A stretch of 64,000 bases of DNA, from the IMG/VR virus record IMGVR_UViG_3300002220_000769, positions 1,859 to 65,858 of that record; one strand, written 5' to 3'. This DNA comes from a virus. Taxonomy: Duplodnaviria > Caudoviricetes. This document shows, piece after piece, positions 27,222-37,559 of this stretch. Under the pieces are notes generated by a model that worked only from the letters and a program-made list of their open reading frames with translations, did not search any database and was not told the DNA's origin. The position numbers and the translations under genes were made by a program. Position 1 is the first letter of the stretch, and each line of letters starts with the position of its first letter.

Positions 27222-27416
27222 GTGGCAAATAAAAATCCCCTTCTGAAAAAGTATGAAGTCCGTTATCAGACTGCATACAAAACTCCCAATTGTAGTCCAA
27301 ACTTTACCATCATTGTGGAAGCAGTTGGTGGTGGTGGTATGGCATGTGAACAAGTGTATGGTATGTTTGGTGGACGTGACAATTGCAAGATTCATGGATG
27401 GAAACAAATCAACTAA
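27222..27416 (+). CDS. small early protein
   Basis: own TTGACA promoter, GGAG RBS, terminator 27440-27462. Confidence 0.7.
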   Translation: MANKNPLLKKYEVRYQTAYKTPNCSPNFTIIVEAVGGGGMACEQVYGMFGGRDNCKIHGWKQIN

Positions 27417-28171
27417 CTGTTTAATATAGTTCAATACAATGGGGATCATGTTGGTCCCCATTTTACATCTAAAGGAAAAGTAATGGACAACAAAGCACTC
27501 AATTGTATTGAAGCACTAATTGAAAAGAATAATTCAATGAGCACTATTAATAGTCTGTTGTATCAATTATTTGACATTGTTCAATTTGATTCAAGAAGAT
27601 TCTGAATTAACAGATGAGGACATATGCATTAAAGATGATGGACTAATTTATATTACCTATGAAAACAAAACTTGGCCAATTGATGAATACTTTAGCAATC
27701 GTGTATTACATTCATCGCGAATGAGCAAATATGAAATCTAAATTTTGAAAGTGATAATTACCAATAACAAATCCAATAACATTTTATAGTTGTTCTAGCG
27801 AAAACCAAGCTAGAGATTATCAACTATGAACATTTGGATACGTTAAACCTCGGAGGAATTAACCCGAGTACAGACGTGGAGAAGAAGTAAGACATGCCAG
27901 TATGGATGCATTTTTCTGTGAAGCGTTTAGATTATTCTGTTTATAGTTTTATACAGAAAGTCATAATTATAATAGGGGAGTGATCCACGGTTACGAATCG
28001 TGTCTGGCAGTAGCAGAAAAATGGTTTGGGAAAAAATCAAAAGTATATAAATCACTAAAGAAAGATTTTGAGAAAATGATTAAATCAGATTACGATATTG
28101 ATGTTTAACAGTGGTTGACACTGTGTAAGCAATAGTTCAATATTCAGACTCACCACTAAGGGAGCAAGACT

Positions 28172-28492
28172 ATGAATAAGCATCAATGCTATGTGGCAAA
28201 AAATCGCAATGGTCTTTACTATTTCCATACAGATGCGTGTGGCAATGCATTGGGAACAACGGTCTTTTCGTCGGCGGTGGTGTTTGATTTTAAGCTTGAC
28301 TCAAACAGTGCATTGGAAACAATGCAATATCTTGCTAACCAGGTTAAATCAGCAAAATGGACTTTTCATCCGGTAACAATTGGCGAGGCAGTGGACTTGG
28401 CGATGATTGTTGACGAAAACCTGATGGAAATTCGGTCTGCCGTGCTTGATCGCTTGAGTCCGATTGAGAAAAAAGCACTTGGGCTTGCATAA
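28172..28492 (+). CDS. hypothetical early protein
   Basis: promoter 28116-28144, GGAG RBS, terminator ~28510. Confidence 0.7.
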   Translation: MNKHQCYVAKNRNGLYYFHTDACGNALGTTVFSSAVVFDFKLDSNSALETMQYLANQVKSAKWTFHPVTIGEAVDLAMIVDENLMEIRSAVLDRLSPIEKKALGLA

Positions 28493-28593
28493 AAAAGTTT
28501 GATAGAAAATGGGGGCGATTGCTCCCATTTTTTGTTGACACGGTTCAGATTGTTGGTAAAATGTGCCTCAAGGTAATCAACAAGGGGAACAAA

Positions 28594-28860
28594 ATGGAAA
28601 CCAAATATATCAATTTCTTTCCGGGTGATATGCGTCATGAGCGCGAAATTTTCTTGACGGATTCGCCTTCGTATGGTCTGTTTGATGATCTTGGTGGATT
28701 TGTGGATTCTATTGCCAATCATATGACATCGAGTATTGCATTGGATGGCATTAAGGATGCGCTGGAAGATGGTGAAGTTCTTAAAATGATTTATGAAGAA
28801 TACACAATTGATGAAATTGAATTGCAAGAAATTGTCGAAGAATTGCACTCTGCCATTTAA
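28594..28860 (+). CDS. acidic hypothetical early protein
   Basis: AGGGG RBS and own promoter. Confidence 0.65.
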   Translation: METKYINFFPGDMRHEREIFLTDSPSYGLFDDLGGFVDSIANHMTSSIALDGIKDALEDGEVLKMIYEEYTIDEIELQEIVEELHSAI

Positions 28861-28878
28861 CTATTAAGGTATACAATC

Positions 28879-29292
28879 ATGCTTGCCATTCATACAAAAG
28901 TCCTGCCTGCCACTTTGCACCATGGAACTCGCATTAAAGTTATGTGTGAGGGATTCAGCTCTGTTACGGTGACTTATGATGGATTTGGTGAAAGTGCTCA
29001 TAAAAATGCCGTCAGTGAATTTATTAAACGGCATAAATTGAATTGGTCCGTTGAAGATATGGGAATTGGACAATTGCCTGATGGAACTTGGGCTTTTGTT
29101 GATGTTGAAGCAGATCGCAAAAAGTGTGCTCAGATGGAGGAACGTTTGCGCGAATTGTTGCAATATATCGTCACTGGTGATCATTACGAAACCAAAAATC
29201 CTTATCGTCGTGAGCCAGTTGTGAAAGCATTGCAAACTCTGTCCAATTGGCATGGTGGCGAATGGATTGATCAATTGAAAGCAAAGGAATAA
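28879..29292 (+). CDS. hypothetical early protein
   Basis: IHTKVLPATLHHGTRIK motif. Confidence 0.7.
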   Translation: MLAIHTKVLPATLHHGTRIKVMCEGFSSVTVTYDGFGESAHKNAVSEFIKRHKLNWSVEDMGIGQLPDGTWAFVDVEADRKKCAQMEERLRELLQYIVTGDHYETKNPYRREPVVKALQTLSNWHGGEWIDQLKAKE

Positions 29293-29530
29293 AATCATGC
29301 GTGACGAGAACAAATACCATCTTAATACGGTGGACAAAATGAAACAAATGCAGCATGAAATTGATGCTGCATGGGAAAAAGCAGAAGCATCGGCAAAAGA
29401 GAAAAATATCAGTGCATTGCGTCAGTCGATGGAAGATCTGGAATTGTTGCTTAAGCATTTTAAATAATTCCAAATTTCTCTAGGGAGAAAATTGATAGTT
29501 TTCTCCCTGTTATTTCATGGACAAATCAAA

Positions 29531-29731
29531 ATGAGCAATCTTCGCCAATACGAAACTGATCAAACCGACAATCTGCAAAAGTTGGTTGATCAAATGAACA
29601 ATTTGCATAGTTCAATGGGCGGGCGCGATAGTCGACCTGAACGATTGGCATTGGGACTTTGTATGAAAATTCTTTGTAGGGAAATTGCTCGTTCTAAAAA
29701 AGAATGGTCAGAAAATGCGAACATTGAATAA
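29531..29731 (+). CDS. hypothetical protein
   Basis: short ORF. Confidence 0.5.
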   Translation: MSNLRQYETDQTDNLQKLVDQMNNLHSSMGGRDSRPERLALGLCMKILCREIARSKKEWSENANIE

Positions 29732-30100
29732 AATCGTTTAAAGTTTTTTTTCTGCTTTGATCGTCGGTTATCGTGTAGTGATCGTGTAGTGATCATGCTG
29801 CGATATGTAGTTAAAAAATGGGTGATTTTTAAATTGCATGTTTTTGACACTTGGTAAGGGGTAGGTATTACCCTGAAATAATAAGTGTTCAAAAACATGC
29901 ATTATTTTTTATAAAAACCCAGTAACGGCGCGGGTTTCAGGCGATTTTCATGTTTTAAAATTGTTTTAAAATCGTGGTCAATTTTTGGAGGATAGTCTTA
30001 AACTATTTTCCATGGTGAGATCAATAGCGAATAACGTGTTGACCGTGGTCAGATTGTTGGTAAAATGCTCCCACTTGATCAACAAACAGAGGAAACCAAA

Positions 30101-30484
30101 ATGAACGAGATTGTGCAATGTGCAAATACCAAAACCATTTTCAAACCTTTGACTGAAAATGATTTTGACAAAATCGATGGTACTTGTAGGCAGGCAACAC
30201 TCAATATCCCATATCGCATATTGGTGGATGTTTTTGGTGAACCTTTGTGTGGCGATGGTGGCAAGACTGATGCAGAATGGATCATCGAATTTGCGGATGG
30301 AACTGTTGCAACAATCTATAATTATAAAAATGGAATTGCATATTGTGGGGATAGTGGAATTCCTACTGAGCAAATTACAGATTGGAGCATTGGTGGACAT
30401 TGTTCGTCCGTTGTCAATCTGATTGAATCCGCGCTGGTGGAAACGATGGATTCGCGTCACCGTCGTTTGTTGGAACAATTGTAA
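30101..30484 (+). CDS. hypothetical early protein
   Basis: GAGGA RBS; KTDAEWIIEF..ATIYNYK..WSIGG motif. Confidence 0.75.
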   Translation: MNEIVQCANTKTIFKPLTENDFDKIDGTCRQATLNIPYRILVDVFGEPLCGDGGKTDAEWIIEFADGTVATIYNYKNGIAYCGDSGIPTEQITDWSIGGHCSSVVNLIESALVETMDSRHRRLLEQL

Positions 30485-30563
30485 CAGTTAAAACAGGGGT
30501 GTTGACACTTGGTCGGCACTCTGTATAATCCGTTTTGTCTTTTAACTGTTTTGGAAAACAATC

Positions 30564-30833
30564 ATGAACAATTTTGTCTTTGGTCTGGAAGCGATGAAAA
30601 ACGCGACGGGAACGCAAGGTGCGCTGGACTTTGCTCATAAGCAGATGGAAGAAATGTTCGCGCTGCTTCCAAAAGCAAAACAAAAACAGTTTAAGGAACA
30701 GTTTAATGGTGCTGTTGGCGATCGCGTCACGGTTACGGTAAAAAATTGTTTGACTGGCAAGCCTGTGCAAATCCGATGGGATGAAGTGGGTGGACCGTGT
30801 GATCCTTCCACCGAACGCTATCATTCTATGTAA
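30564..30833 (+). CDS. hypothetical early protein
   Basis: TTGACA/TATAAT promoter; PCDPSTERYHSM. Confidence 0.7.
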   Translation: MNNFVFGLEAMKNATGTQGALDFAHKQMEEMFALLPKAKQKQFKEQFNGAVGDRVTVTVKNCLTGKPVQIRWDEVGGPCDPSTERYHSM

Positions 30834-30935
30834 TCGGTTGTAGGGTTTGTGATAGCGAAGTTTGTGGTTGACTTGTTTCACAAACCCTTTACAATTGGAA
30901 CCGTTGTAACAACAAACCTACCTCGGAGAAAAATC
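30831..30935 (+). repeat. 105-bp promoter/RBS module, copy 1 (copy 2 at 31509-31613)
   Basis: near-identical direct repeat containing TTGACT..TACAAT and GGAG. Confidence 0.85.
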
Positions 30936-31511
30936 GTGGGTCTTGATATGTATTTGAATGCGAAGCGGTTTCTTTGGTCCTATCAGGATGACACACCTGA
31001 TAGTAAGATCAAAGGAACGATCTCGGAATTGTTTCCTGAACTGGCAAAAATCAGGAACAGCATGGGCGGAAACCCCATTAAAGAGGTAGTAATCGAAGCA
31101 GGGTATTGGCGAAAAGTCAACCATGTTCACAAATGGTTTGTGGACAAAGTGCAGGAAGGCAATGATGACTGTGGCTATTATTATGTCAGTCGCGAACAAT
31201 TGAGCGAACTGAAGTCGGTTTGTATGCAATTGCTTTCAAAGAAATGGCAAGAATTGGAAGCAATTGAAAACAAATCTGATGCCGAATCAGGGTGGCAATT
31301 GATTTTGCCTGGGGAATTGGTAGTGGTGAATGATGCCAAATCTGCCGATCAATTGGCATCGGAATTGCTTCCGCGTCAAAGTGGGTTTTTCTTTGGAGGA
31401 ACCGACTATGATCAGTATTATTGGGAAGGACTGATTTATACCGTCGAGATTGTTGATCGTTGTCTCGAATTGCCGAATGAATGGGAGTTCCAGTACCATA
31501 GTTCTTGGTAA
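30936..31511 (+). CDS. conserved phage early protein (MGLDMYL type)
   Basis: GTG start after GGAG; YWRKVNHVHKWFV. Confidence 0.75.
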   Translation: MGLDMYLNAKRFLWSYQDDTPDSKIKGTISELFPELAKIRNSMGGNPIKEVVIEAGYWRKVNHVHKWFVDKVQEGNDDCGYYYVSREQLSELKSVCMQLLSKKWQELEAIENKSDAESGWQLILPGELVVVNDAKSADQLASELLPRQSGFFFGGTDYDQYYWEGLIYTVEIVDRCLELPNEWEFQYHSSW

Positions 31512-31613
31512 TCGGTGGTGGGGTTTGTGATAGCAAAGTTTGTTGTTGACTTGTTTCACAAACCCTTTACAATGGGAACCGTTGCAAGAACAAATCTACC
31601 TCGGAGAAAAATC

Positions 31614-32027
31614 ATGGCATACGTTTCGCAAGAGAAAAAGCAATCCCTGGCTCCTGCTATTAAGGCGATTCTCAAAAAGCATAGTCTCAAGGGTTCTCTG
31701 AGCGTGCGCCATCATAGTGCGCTGGTGTTGACTGTGAAGTCTGGTAAAATCGACTTCATTTCGAATTACAATGCAATTCAAAGCAAAAAGATTCGCCCCG
31801 ATCATTTGCCCTTTCATCCGGCGTCTGACAATCTCGACGTAAACCCCTACTGGTATCATGAGCATTTTGATGGAAAGGCACTGGAATTTTTGAAAGAAGT
31901 CATTCCGGCGATGAAAGGACCGGAATACTTCGATCATTCGGATATTCAGTCGGATTATTTCCATTGCAGTCATTACTTTGATGTGCAGATTGGAAAATGG
32001 GATAAACCCTATATTCTGGAAAAGTAA
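31614..32027 (+). CDS. conserved phage early protein
   Basis: MAYVSQEKK; VNPYWYHEHF; SDYFH. Confidence 0.8.
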   Translation: MAYVSQEKKQSLAPAIKAILKKHSLKGSLSVRHHSALVLTVKSGKIDFISNYNAIQSKKIRPDHLPFHPASDNLDVNPYWYHEHFDGKALEFLKEVIPAMKGPEYFDHSDIQSDYFHCSHYFDVQIGKWDKPYILEK

Positions 32028-32361
32028 TTTAAACAATGGGGGACTTCGGTCCCCTTTTGCATTTATATAATTATGGAAAAAGAAAAGAATCCCCGTTATG
32101 TTTTGCAAGGCAAAATATTTTGGCATGAATATGTAAAACTGAATCGTGGAGAAAATTGTTTATCTGAAAAGGGTTTAATAAAATTGTCTGCGAAGAATGG
32201 TGTACCTGTTGATAGTCTCCGATGGTTGATAAACCTGCACTTGACTCCGTGATAGTCTGAGTCTATTAGTAATCAGGTTTGCAATAGAAACAAAACCGTT
32301 GACGTAGAAAGAGGATTGTTTATAATTCACTCACTGATTAGCAAAACCGAAGGGGAATAAA

Positions 32362-32718
32362 ATGTGGTGGTCTGCTATTAAGGCGATTCTGAAAAAGCAT
32401 GGTCTCAAGGGTTCTCTGATCGTGCGGCCTCATAGTGCGATGGTGTTGTCCGTGAAGTCTGGTAAAATCGACTTCATTTCGAATTACAATGCAATTCAAA
32501 GCAAAAAGATTCACCCCGATCATCTTCCGTTTCATCCGGCGACTGACAATCTCGACGTAAACCCCTACTGGTATCATGAACACTTCGATGGAAAGGCACT
32601 GGAATTTTTGAAAGAAGTCATTCCGCCCTTTAAAGGACCGGAATACTTCGATCATTCCAGTCCTTACTTTGATGTGCAGATTGGAACATGTGATAAACCC
32701 TATATTCTGGAAAAGTAA
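32362..32718 (+). CDS. chimeric duplicate of the 31614 gene
   Basis: near-identical body, N-terminus replaced by MWWS, internal deletion near the C-terminus. Confidence 0.8.
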   Translation: MWWSAIKAILKKHGLKGSLIVRPHSAMVLSVKSGKIDFISNYNAIQSKKIHPDHLPFHPATDNLDVNPYWYHEHFDGKALEFLKEVIPPFKGPEYFDHSSPYFDVQIGTCDKPYILEK

Positions 32719-32872
32719 TTTAAACAATAGGGGACTTCGGTCCCCATTGTTTCGCCTGTCCAATAGTCTGTGCCTATTGATAGTGGCATTTCCAATAGAA
32801 ACAAAACGGTTGACGTAGAAAGTGATCGGTTTATAATTCACTCACTACCAAACAAAACGAAGGGGAAATATC

Positions 32873-33370
32873 ATGGGATGGACTTTTGTCGAAAAGCGTT
32901 TCAATTCTGCAAAAGAGTTCGCGGAAGAATGCATCCTGAAAGATGGTGATTTTGTGAAGCATCGCATGGTAGGCAATCATTTGTGGACCGTGTATGAAAA
33001 TCCTGAAGTTGGCAAAAAATTCGTTTTGCTTTTCTTGATTGAAAAGGACCGTGGATCGTACGGATACAAAGAAATTTCGGAAAGTATGCATCCTTACTAT
33101 TATGATTGCCCACTGAGCATCATTCGGGCAGCAGGGGAAACCGACAATGAAAGCGCGAAAGAATGGCGTGCATTGGTAGTGCAATATCATGCCGAAAAGA
33201 AAATCAAGGTTTCGGATAAATTCAAACCGGGAATGAAAATTAAATACGGGGAGAAAACATATCAATTGACCGCGAACCTTGGTCGTCTGGGATGGTCAAT
33301 TGTGCGCGAGGATGGGGAACATTTTCGCATGCCGAATGTTCGCATGAAACAATGCGAGATTGTCGAATAA
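32873..33370 (+). CDS. DUF6927-like early protein
   Basis: MGW..YKEISESMHPYYYDCP. Confidence 0.7.
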   Translation: MGWTFVEKRFNSAKEFAEECILKDGDFVKHRMVGNHLWTVYENPEVGKKFVLLFLIEKDRGSYGYKEISESMHPYYYDCPLSIIRAAGETDNESAKEWRALVVQYHAEKKIKVSDKFKPGMKIKYGEKTYQLTANLGRLGWSIVREDGEHFRMPNVRMKQCEIVE

Positions 33371-33527
33371 GGTTTAATACACGTGGGGACTTCGGTCCCC
33401 ATTGTTTCGTGTGGACGATAGTAGAAACCTATCGGTAGTGGCATTTCCAATAGAAACAAAACCGTTGACGTGGAAAGTGATCGGGTTATAATTCGCTCAC
33501 TGACAAACAAAACGAAGGGGAAACAAA

Positions 33528-33743
33528 ATGTGGAACGATACCAGCCTGAACGCGACGGAAGAATCCGTTTATAATGCCCCGATGCTGTTCTCCGATGAGG
33601 CGTATTGGGAACTGTTCAAAGCGGTGCAGAATGCAATGGAACCCGGTAATGAAACCGTCGCGACTGTGCATGCCATTGGTCAGGCGTATCTGAACGCTGT
33701 GCGCGAACACGTTCAACGAGAATTCAATCAGAAAGGAAAATAA
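33528..33743 (+). CDS. hypothetical early protein
   Basis: follows cassette promoter. Confidence 0.75.
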   Translation: MWNDTSLNATEESVYNAPMLFSDEAYWELFKAVQNAMEPGNETVATVHAIGQAYLNAVREHVQREFNQKGK

Positions 33744-33744
33744 A

Positions 33745-34026
33745 ATGAAAGTCACTATTAATGGCAATAGCATGATTGTCGACCGAGAAGGAAAAAAGTA
33801 CAAAACCGAGACTGCATGGTGGTATGCTCTCAAAAAACATTTGAATGAAAGCGGAGAAGATCTTATTAAAAAGATCATGGCAAAAGATGGCCATCTGGTT
33901 GGCGACGAGCATCGCCCGTACTATCTCAGGGATAAAAAAGCAAAATACTGCTACTATGATCCGCAGTATGGCGTCCGTTTTATCCACATCCCGGATAAGG
34001 TGGAGCTGAATATTCAACGGGCATAA
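33745..34026 (+). CDS. hypothetical early protein
   Basis: coupled to previous ORF; terminator follows. Confidence 0.7.
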   Translation: MKVTINGNSMIVDREGKKYKTETAWWYALKKHLNESGEDLIKKIMAKDGHLVGDEHRPYYLRDKKAKYCYYDPQYGVRFIHIPDKVELNIQRA

Positions 34027-34177
34027 TACACGTGGGGACTTCGGTCCCCATTGTTTCGCCTGTCCAATAGTCTGTGCCTATTGGTAGTCTGGTTCGCAAT
34101 AGAAACAAAACGGTTGACGTGGAAAGTGATCGGGTTATAATTCACTCACTGATTAGCAAAACCGAAGGGGAAACAAA

Positions 34178-34474
34178 ATGTGGTGGTCTGATAGCATGGG
34201 GAAAATTGAACTGAATGTCGATATCGATCTCGCAAAAACCTGCGCCCATCCAGGTGACTGCGAGTCGGATGTTAGGATTCTGATGCAAAATCCTGCGATT
34301 AAGGATCAATTGGATAAAATTGATCCTTATACATTGCGCAATACCCTGTCGGAATATGGCGCATGGGATGCTGCGGAATTGCAGGATCATGATATGAATT
34401 TGTCCCGTGTGCTTTGGATTGCATGCAATGATCTGGTGGAAGAATACGAAAAAGAACAGTTCACCGAGCAATAG
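34178..34474 (+). CDS. hypothetical early protein
   Basis: follows cassette promoter; starts MWWS. Confidence 0.75.
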   Translation: MWWSDSMGKIELNVDIDLAKTCAHPGDCESDVRILMQNPAIKDQLDKIDPYTLRNTLSEYGAWDAAELQDHDMNLSRVLWIACNDLVEEYEKEQFTEQ

Positions 34475-34680
34475 TTTAAAACAATCAAAGGCACGGTTCG
34501 CAATAGAAATGAAAAGGTTGACACAGTAGCAGAACGGTTTAGAATGCGAACCGTAGCAGGAACAAACGAAACACGGCAGCAAACGATTCGCAAAAAGTGG
34601 TTGACAAGGTTTTAGATCACTTTATAATGCGAACTGTAGCAGGAACAAACTAAACCCACTTTCCTTTAAGGAGAAATACC

Positions 34681-35091
34681 ATGACCGCCAAGTACAACGA
34701 AAACATCGCCGCCATGATCGCCGCCTTTGCCAAGTCCGCCAAGATCAGCAAGGCGAAAGCCGAACAATTCGCGCTTGACATCATTGCTGAAGTCAAGCCC
34801 CAAGGTGGTGGTCGCCCTGCTGGCGCTGAAACTCTCGCCCTGCGCGAGAAGTTCATGGCATATGTTGCTGAGGTGAATACCTTCACCTCGAAGCAGGTTT
34901 CCGAAGTGCTGGACTGCGAGCCGGTTGAAGTAAATAACTGTATCGCATACTTCAACCGCGATGATGCCGACATTTTCATCCAAGTCGGCACCATTGTTGA
35001 GGCTGGCAAGCGTGGTCGTCGCCCGATTGTGTGGGCGATGCGTGAAAATTATAAGCCCGAAGAGGCACAAACTGAAACCGAAGCCGAATAA
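34681..35091 (+). CDS. probable DNA-binding (winged-HTH-like) early protein
   Basis: tandem promoters, AAGGAG RBS, strong codon bias; FTSKQVSEVL..GRRPIVW. Confidence 0.65.
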   Translation: MTAKYNENIAAMIAAFAKSAKISKAKAEQFALDIIAEVKPQGGGRPAGAETLALREKFMAYVAEVNTFTSKQVSEVLDCEPVEVNNCIAYFNRDDADIFIQVGTIVEAGKRGRRPIVWAMRENYKPEEAQTETEAE

Positions 35092-35106
35092 TCGGCGCAA
35101 GGTTAG

Positions 35107-35247
35107 AAAAGAATCCCCGAGCAATCGGGGATTTTTTTCGTCTACCTTACCCTATGTAATCGCTACAGGACCGCTCAGAATGCCCCAGTATCGATTTTCA
35201 GATTATTGCCTACCCTACCCTATATGCCTGTCTCGAAACCCGCTCTA
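35107..35247 (+). repeat. ~141-bp terminator-linked repeat (copy at 37307-37447; hairpin alone at 37790-37816)
   Basis: ATCCCCGAGCAATCGGGGAT hairpin plus GGACCGCTCAGAATG plus CCTACCCTACCCTA. Confidence 0.85.
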
Positions 35248-35383
35248 AACCCCTGTAAACCAGTTTAAACCCCCATAGTTCGGAACTATTAGAAAGTGAG
35301 GGAACGATAAAAACAAAATGGTTGACGTGGTAAGTGGGGAGTTTATAATTGCCACACTTTCAACGAAACGAGGAATCCGGATC

Positions 35384-35929
35384 ATGACTGCCGAAACCAT
35401 CGCTCGCCCTGCCACCAAAAAACAATTGTGGGCGCTGTTCTGCATCACGAAAAAAGATTATCGTGATAGTGGTCTAACCATTGACCAAGCGTCGGAATTG
35501 ATCGCTGAACTCAATGGCAAAAAAGGATCGACCGAAAACCCCGAAGTCAAAAAAGATGATTGGCAAGAACTTTGGGATAAGGCGTATGCTGCTGGCATTG
35601 CTGCCGCTGAAGCCACGGACCAGGTCCCCATGGTGGTGGCCCAGCATGCTAATCCACTGGATGATGCAAGTCCTGTCTTGCGGCAGTATTTTGTTCCGCA
35701 AGGTGCATGCGGTTTTGCATGGATCATCATTCGCCCAGGCAATAGCAAGTTCGCGAACTGGATTAAGAAAAATAACTTTGGTCGCCCCGATTCTTATTAT
35801 GGCGGTGTCAACATTTGGATCGGAGAACATTCCCAATCGCACCAGAAAAAATACGCGCATGCATGCGCCATGGCAAAGGTTTTTAATGATGCCGGTATTA
35901 AGTCCATCCCGTACGAGCGACTCGATTAA
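35384..35929 (+). CDS. conserved phage early protein
   Basis: GACGFAW..GGVNIW..AMAKVF..GI motif. Confidence 0.8.
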   Translation: MTAETIARPATKKQLWALFCITKKDYRDSGLTIDQASELIAELNGKKGSTENPEVKKDDWQELWDKAYAAGIAAAEATDQVPMVVAQHANPLDDASPVLRQYFVPQGACGFAWIIIRPGNSKFANWIKKNNFGRPDSYYGGVNIWIGEHSQSHQKKYAHACAMAKVFNDAGIKSIPYERLD

Positions 35930-35967
35930 TTGAAAGTAAATGGGGGAGAATTCTCCCCCATAAAACC

Positions 35968-36186
35968 ATGATCAATAAAAAACAAATACAAAATAAAATT
36001 AGGGCAATGCCCGATAACGGCGAACTTATGCTGTCTGATTTTGAATGGGAGGGGTTCACTTTCAAAAAGTATTCCCCCACCTATTGGCGAGTTTTTTACG
36101 ATGGTGACTTTGCAGGATGGCTACGCGAATTGCATAAACCGTGCACCAAGGTCAGTCTCCTCGCCCTTTTCTTCGGAATGCTGTAA
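35968..36186 (+). CDS. hypothetical protein
   Basis: short ORF. Confidence 0.5.
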   Translation: MINKKQIQNKIRAMPDNGELMLSDFEWEGFTFKKYSPTYWRVFYDGDFAGWLRELHKPCTKVSLLALFFGML

Positions 36187-36263
36187 GAAAAAACAGTGTT
36201 GACACGGCAGGGGATTTGTATGAAAATCCTCCTACCGTAACAAACCAACAAAGGAGCAAGATC

Positions 36264-36455
36264 ATGATTCACATCGATGTCAAAGGCGGTTCTTGGATGC
36301 GCTTATTTCGCACGCGGTGCGATGACATGGGAAATTGGATGCGCATTGACCTCAATGAGAAATGGGAAATGACGCCCTTTGGTCGGGTGTATCGGTATTG
36401 CATCGTCGACGATCACGGCAATGCCGTGTCACGCTCGTGCGAAAGCATGTGCTAA
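36264..36455 (+). CDS. hypothetical early protein
   Basis: promoter module shared with 36520; GGAG RBS. Confidence 0.7.
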   Translation: MIHIDVKGGSWMRLFRTRCDDMGNWMRIDLNEKWEMTPFGRVYRYCIVDDHGNAVSRSCESMC

Positions 36456-36519
36456 ATGGTTGACACATGGGGGGATTTGTATGAAAATCCTCCTACCGTA
36501 ACCCAACTGGAGCAAGATC

Positions 36520-37293
36520 ATGAGTCAAGTCGTTATCGCAATCAAAGCTGCTTTTGAACAATACCGTGCAGAATCCGCCGCCCGTCGTGCGCGGATCGAG
36601 GCAGCATGGAAAGCGGAAAATGATGATCTTGCCCCCACCATCGACCGCAATGGTCGCATGCATGCGCCGTGCGATGGGTATTGCATTCCAGGGGATGTGG
36701 ACTACCGTGGGGATTATGATGATCACATTTTTGGCGCAGGCGAATACCTGCCCGTTCCCCTTACCGATGAGGATGATTATTTCGGCGGCTACAATATGAA
36801 CCTCTCGCGGTTTGACTATCGCAAGAAGGTGCGCGCCACCCTGTCCGACATTGAGTCGGTTATGCTGATCGCAAAAGACTACGGTATCGAAGTCAAGCAC
36901 GGCAAATCGTGGTCTGACAATGGCACCATGATGGCATACGCATATGTCACTGGTATCCGAAAAATGGTCGATGTTACCGTTGCAGCACTGGAAAAGGTTA
37001 AACCCGCCCCTATTCCTGATCCAGAAGTCTACATCGGCGAAGGTCGCATGACGGTGCGCGGGACCGTTGTGCACACAAAAGCAGAAGATACAATTGCATA
37101 TTATGCATACAATCGTCCGGCCATCACTGTCAAGATGCTGGTCAAAACCCCTGAAGGGGCAAAGCTTTGGGGGACTCTTCCTGCATGCGTGCCGTCCGAC
37201 TACCGTGGCGAGATCGAGTTCACTGCGACTTTTGAGAAAGGCACCAATGGCATGACGTGGTTCAAACGTCCCGCAAAAGTCAATATCTTTTGA
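36520..37293 (+). CDS. hypothetical early protein with possible C-terminal OB-like domain
   Basis: DRNGRMHAPCDGY; VRGTVV..KMLVK..KLWGT. Confidence 0.75.
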   Translation: MSQVVIAIKAAFEQYRAESAARRARIEAAWKAENDDLAPTIDRNGRMHAPCDGYCIPGDVDYRGDYDDHIFGAGEYLPVPLTDEDDYFGGYNMNLSRFDYRKKVRATLSDIESVMLIAKDYGIEVKHGKSWSDNGTMMAYAYVTGIRKMVDVTVAALEKVKPAPIPDPEVYIGEGRMTVRGTVVHTKAEDTIAYYAYNRPAITVKMLVKTPEGAKLWGTLPACVPSDYRGEIEFTATFEKGTNGMTWFKRPAKVNIF

Positions 37294-37559
37294 CACACGG
37301 TTACAAAAAAGAATCCCCGAGCAATCGGGGATTTTTTCGTCTACCTTTCCCTGTGTAATCGCCGCAGGACCGCTCAGAATGATCCAGGATCGGTTTTTGG
37401 ACTATTGCCTACCCTACCCTACCTGTCTACAAACAAACCCGCTCTAATCGCCCCTAAACCGTTCCTGTCGCAAATGCACTATTTTGCTTAGAAAGGTTGA
37501 CAACCAAATCCACACGATGCACAATCCTGACCTGTACATTTTTCATAGGGGGTTCAATC

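Larger units (their letters stand above)
32039..34177 (+). repeat. dispersed terminator-promoter-RBS modules (32039, 32251-32361, 32730-32872, 33385-33527, 34034-34177)
   Basis: GGGGAC-TTCG-GTCCCC hairpin plus CAATAGAAACAAAACxGTTGACGT..TATAATTC.CTCACT..CGAAGGGGAA. Confidence 0.9.

Noticed and set aside
27480-28110. Functional genes or ncRNA in this AT-rich stretch
   Set aside because: Only short broken frames and no convincing stems; probably decayed sequence.
32039-34177. True integron with attC sites
   Set aside because: No IntI, no RYYYAAC/GTTRRRY attC structure, and the cassettes carry their own promoters.
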